Assembly (NCBI GenBank): GCA_030539615.1
Contig: JAUNXU010000001.1
Coordinates: 1 to 60,629, forward strand
From: Methanobacteriaceae archaeon
Lineage (GTDB): Archaea; Methanobacteriota; Methanobacteria; Methanobacteriales; Methanobacteriaceae
DNA length: 60,629 nt
Reading direction: 5' to 3'
The notes under the pieces are model-generated. The model saw only the letters and a list, made by a program, of their open reading frames with translations. It was not told the origin of the DNA and searched no databases. The number at the start of each line of letters is the position of its first letter. Within the stretch, counting starts at the first letter, position 1. The position numbers and the translations under genes were made by a program. Shown here in pieces: positions 57,301-60,629 of this stretch.

Positions 57301-59314
57301 TAATACAGTTACCTGGAATAAAGAATCAATATTATTAGATGAAACATATACTAAATTATTGTTAAATGATATTTCAAAAGCATATAATACTGAAATAAAT
57401 GATATATTATTTAGTGCATTTATATTAGCAGTATATAATGTTACCAAACAAAATAAACTATCTGTAGTATTAGAAGGACATGGTAGGGAACAAATAGTTC
57501 CTAATATGAATATTAATCGTACTGTAGGTTGGTTTACAAGTCTTTATCCAGTAATATTTGAAAACATTGATGATTCAATAAAAAATACAATTATAAATAT
57601 TAAAGAAACATTAAAACAAATTCCTCAAAAAGGTATAAGTTATGGAATGCTTCAACAAAAAGGTTTCATAGAAGAACAAATTCCTGATTTAGCATTTAAT
57701 TATCTAGGAGAATTTGGAGAAGAAGATTCAATATCTAATTATCAAATATCAAATATACCTCATGGAAATAAAATTAATTCATATAATAAAATATTTACAG
57801 CTATGGCATTAAGTTCATATACTATGAATAAAAAATTCAAAGCTAGTTTAAAATATAATCAAGATAAATACGATCCACAACTTATAAAAGAGATTATAAA
57901 TCAATTTAAACAGGAATTAATGAATATAATTGATCATTGTAAAAATATTGAAACACCAATAAAAACAGTATCAGATTATAGTGATACCACAGTATTAACA
58001 CAAGAAGAATTTAATACAATAGAAAAAAGAATAGTTGATCAAGGGCATGAAATAGAACGAATTTATTCATTAACACCAACACAAGAAGAAATGTTAAGAT
58101 TCACTTTAAATCATCCTGAAAGCTTTCCATTTACTGTTCAGAAATATTATGAAATACAATCAGATATTAACATAGATATATTTAAAGAATCATTAAAACT
58201 TTTAACTAAAGAACATGATATTTTAAGAACAGATATAGTATATAAAGATTTAAATGTACCAGTGCAAATAGTATTAAAAGAAAAAGAGATTCCATTTGAA
58301 TTTATAGATTTAACAAATAAGGTTAATGTTGAAGAAGAACTTCTTAAAATAAAGCGTGCAGAGTTTTATAAAGGATTTGATATAGAATATGAACCATTAA
58401 TTAGAATGACACTTGTAAAAATCGGTGAAAACTGTTATCAAATAATAGGTACAATGTATCATATCATAATGGATGGTTGGACAATATCAATATTATTCAA
58501 TGATATAGCAAAATATTATGAAGCACTTATAAAAAATAAAGAAATAAAAATTGAAACCGATAAATATGAAGAATATGTTCAATATTTAGATGAACAAGAT
58601 AAACAAGAAAATTTAGATTATTGGAAAAATTTATTAAAAGGATATCATCACAAAATTGAAATACCAACAACAGGTGTAAAAGATAAACCAGAAGAACCAA
58701 TAGATAATATAAAATATAATGTATCAGAATACACATTTAAAAAACTTAAAGAGCTAGCAAAAAACAATGATGTAACAATAAATACAGTATTTGAAGCAAT
58801 ATGGAGTATATTATTGCAAAAATATAATAATACAAATGATGTAGTATTTGGAAAATTAGTATCTGGAAGAAATATACCATTAGAACATATTGGTGAAAAA
58901 ATAGGAACATTTATAAATACAGTACCTGTAAGGGGAAAAACAAAACCTGGAGAAACATTTATAGACTTAATAAATAATATACAAAATCAAGCAATTGAAT
59001 CAAATAATCATGATACAGTTTCACTATTGGATTTAGAAGATAGTATTGGTATGGATGATAATTTAATTACAACATTATTTGTATTTGAAAATTATTATAG
59101 GCATAAAACTGGAAATGATACTATTGAATTATTACCAAGAGGAACTTTAGAAGAACGTAAATATGATATAAGTTTTAATATAAGACAAAAAGATACATTA
59201 GAATTAATGATATTATATAAAACAAGTAAATATACTAGAAAAGATATTGAAAATATTATTGAAAATTTAAAAGATATAATAGAAAATATACTAACAAGAG
59301 TATATTTAACATAA
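54335..59314 (+). CDS. Monomodular non-ribosomal peptide synthetase: partial C - A - T - E - C
   Basis: A domain: YTSGTTGNPKG, YGPTE, YHTGD, QVKIRGFRIELGE, NGK; T: LGGDSI; E: HHLIIDGISW, EGHGRE, RTVGWFT, FNYLGEF; C: YHIIMDGWT, IGTFINTVP; ATG 54335 after GGGGAGTGA (ORF track starts at 54317). Confidence 0.95.
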   Translation: MVFNNEGAYVEFLTGRKNSDNKNNNYIKFNIDKDLKSTINSLKTTEKINQNIIYLSTFLLMIHRYTRTEDLVIGIDDNKISSTIEVVLDNNKTFAELLQEVNTIYKTITEDSNNNTSQNINVLFVNDKNYLDNPNIDLVLNVGIADDLTLVYSEGLFEWNTMKYMVEHYKTLLKNCVSNPDTILTDCSMLSDEELDLILNKFNDYTADIPEGTTVISLFEQMVKENPDSIAVLFEDDKLTYEEFNKKVNSFAHKLRDLGVKPDDRVCIFVKRSIEMIIGMFAILKAGGGYVPLDPTYPKTRIEYILNDSESKVILSHSEVDMDLTPWDIPVLNLFDESNFNGNTENLPKVNKPTDLCYIIYTSGTTGNPKGVMLEHRNIVNYAYANDGVYGLVKGDRVLQFANVVFDVSVSETLNPLMLGATIVLVSQDKILEPRKLAKYCADKKVTVAQFTPQYFNNINVKIPKIMTSGDAASKKTLNQVPADSTYINSYGPTETTIISTYWKYDKDKRVPENIPVGKPIVNVQFYILNEGKLCGIGVPGEICTAGECVARGYRNMPELTEKSFVDNPYGEGKLYHTGDLGEWRSDGNLLCFGRIDDQVKIRGFRIELGEVESRLVEIPEIGKAAVTTIKGTTDELAICAYYTSKTGKLDTNNIEKQLLKTLPEYMIPSYYMQLDEMPLNHNGKISKKDLPKMEVTSSQDYEPPSKKSEKLLVNAFENILGVKKVGLNDSFFQLGGDSIKAIRITSYIQQKGHSLTVNDIMKGKIVKDIAKKIVKEKLEFEEQEKITGEVLLTPIEYHFFNQKLENPNYYNQSQLLSSDDKLSYETIEKIFDNLVLHHDMLRAYYPENKQIIRSNTDNIYKLTEYDIENTDEIDSLAEKLQESLNINEGSLIKVGLFHTSSKDYLFIVMHHLIIDGISWRILKEDIETIYSQIKNNKKIKLPYKSNSFKKWANIVDKYSTSYQLKKQIPYWQTVISKISDGNLPKKDVNTVTWNKESILLDETYTKLLLNDISKAYNTEINDILFSAFILAVYNVTKQNKLSVVLEGHGREQIVPNMNINRTVGWFTSLYPVIFENIDDSIKNTIINIKETLKQIPQKGISYGMLQQKGFIEEQIPDLAFNYLGEFGEEDSISNYQISNIPHGNKINSYNKIFTAMALSSYTMNKKFKASLKYNQDKYDPQLIKEIINQFKQELMNIIDHCKNIETPIKTVSDYSDTTVLTQEEFNTIEKRIVDQGHEIERIYSLTPTQEEMLRFTLNHPESFPFTVQKYYEIQSDINIDIFKESLKLLTKEHDILRTDIVYKDLNVPVQIVLKEKEIPFEFIDLTNKVNVEEELLKIKRAEFYKGFDIEYEPLIRMTLVKIGENCYQIIGTMYHIIMDGWTISILFNDIAKYYEALIKNKEIKIETDKYEEYVQYLDEQDKQENLDYWKNLLKGYHHKIEIPTTGVKDKPEEPIDNIKYNVSEYTFKKLKELAKNNDVTINTVFEAIWSILLQKYNNTNDVVFGKLVSGRNIPLEHIGEKIGTFINTVPVRGKTKPGETFIDLINNIQNQAIESNNHDTVSLLDLEDSIGMDDNLITTLFVFENYYRHKTGNDTIELLPRGTLEERKYDISFNIRQKDTLELMILYKTSKYTRKDIENIIENLKDIIENILTRVYLT

Positions 59315-59376
59315 TTCTTTTTTTCATCATCACTTCCTATAAAATTAATACTCTATTTTTTTTAATTTTTTTAATA

Positions 59377-59880
59377 GCTTTGTAAAAATACTACAATTTT
59401 ATTACAAAATATAAATATACAACACCCTAATTAATAACACACTACTTCTTAAAATATTATCTTAAAAAAAATATACAGAAATTTACAATAATTCCAAAGA
59501 TTATAACATGATTCATAATATACAATATCAACATTACAAAAAAAAATAAAAAATTACAGTATCCAATACATATGTATAAACGAGATATACAACTTTAGAA
59601 AAAAAGATGCCTGATAGAAACAATAAATGCACTATCACAAATATCACTTAAAACAAGAACAAAAAAAAGAAAAATATAAATTATCATTACTATTATCAAT
59701 TACATATGATCCATAAAGAAATAATAAAATGTGTAAATAGTCTTTATCAAAAGAAAATTTAGAAAAATATTAGCTAGTTTCAATCAAAATACAATAAATA
59801 AAGAATTTAAGTTTACAGCAATGTGTTACAATCCATATATTTTTATATAATTAATGAAAAAATGAGACATTCTACAAAGC
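59377..59880 (+). mobile_element. Decayed IS5-like insertion sequence remnant
   Basis: Inverted ends GCTTTGTAAAAAT / ATTCTACAAAGC; residual frame KEFKFTAMCYNPYIFI* resembles a transposase C-terminus. Confidence 0.5.
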
Positions 59881-60394
59881 CCATATTTAAATACTTTTTT
59901 TTTAAAAAATAAGATTTTTAAGTTAATAATTTGGATTATATGGTGGCACATTATTTAAATAATAAAACAATAAAAATAAAATATAGAGGAAAAAAAGGGA
60001 TTAATAAAAATAATAAAATACACCATATATGTGTTTATTATTTTTTTAGAAGGATCTTTTTTATGACCTCTACTTAAATAGATCTATTTAGGAATTATCA
60101 ATTATTCAGTAAAATATACATGCCTTATTAACAAAGATCTAAAAAAAAGATACAATAAAAAAAAATAATATAAGTGATCACAAAAAAAGATATCCTTTTA
60201 TACAAAAAAACACAACAAAAAAAGAGAGAATAAAAAAAAATATTTATAAAAATAATAAACACTTATATTAAACTCAGGAATAATTTCTAAAATATAAAAC
60301 AAAACACGAAACAAACTATACAAAAAATATGAGAAAAATTATATATAAAAAAAATTCTCAAAAAAAAAGAATATAATAAAATGGAGGAAAAAGT

Positions 60395-60629
60395 ATGAAT
60401 AGTAAAAAAATACTATTAATCGCAAGTACACTGTTTGTCTTAGTAAGTTTAACAGCAATATCAGCTACAACAACCGACAACACTGACAACACAACAACCG
60501 ATACACCAACAACTACAACAACAAACACACCAACAACTACAACAACAAACAATAAAAAATTAGCAAGCGTAGAAACTGGTGGTGGAAAAACAGCACAAAC
60601 AACAACTGCACAAGTATCAAACAAAGCAA
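60395..60629 (+). CDS. Adhesin-like surface protein, 5' part (partial)
   Basis: GGAGG SD; MNSKKILLIASTLFVLVSLTAISA signal peptide then Thr-rich linker; frame open to window end. Confidence 0.85.
   Translation, partial: MNSKKILLIASTLFVLVSLTAISATTTDNTDNTTTDTPTTTTTNTPTTTTTNNKKLASVETGGGKTAQTTTAQVSNKA
60503..60550 (+). repeat. 2 x 24-bp perfect tandem repeat in adhesin linker
   Basis: ACACCAACAACTACAACAACAAAC twice (TPTTTTTN). Confidence 0.9.

Noticed and set aside
60358-60624. Val-rich minus-strand ORF
   Set aside because: Antisense of the Thr-rich adhesin, which has an SD and a signal peptide

Overview
Very AT-rich archaeal chromosomal window from a Methanobacteriales methanogen, most likely Methanosphaera (inferred from gene content, Thr/Asn-rich adhesin-like genes at both edges and the pseudomurein cluster). 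Housekeeping content: the exosome/proteasome/RNase P superoperon (interrupted by purB), ribC-mch-thyA-metE, hypAB, prs, a DEAD-box helicase, lonB, cobQ, three tRNAs, nikR, a pseudomurein block (ATP-grasp, MraY-like, three Mur ligases), PAN, cobK, a Zn-type macrodomain, a P-type ATPase and carA. The most unusual locus is a 5-kb stand-alone NRPS (partial C-A-T-E-C, no thioesterase), lying between a MITE-like repeat and a decayed IS5-like element. Missed by the ORF track but readable in the sequence: rpoP; hycI, which has no canonical start codon; the 3' half of mbf1 beyond an in-frame TAA; a dual-guide C/D box sRNA predicted to target C34 of tRNA-Met; a candidate eL15 leader; four copies of a ~110-bp MITE-like repeat; and a tRNA-Ala with C33. 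All calls come from reading motifs by eye; no searches were run.
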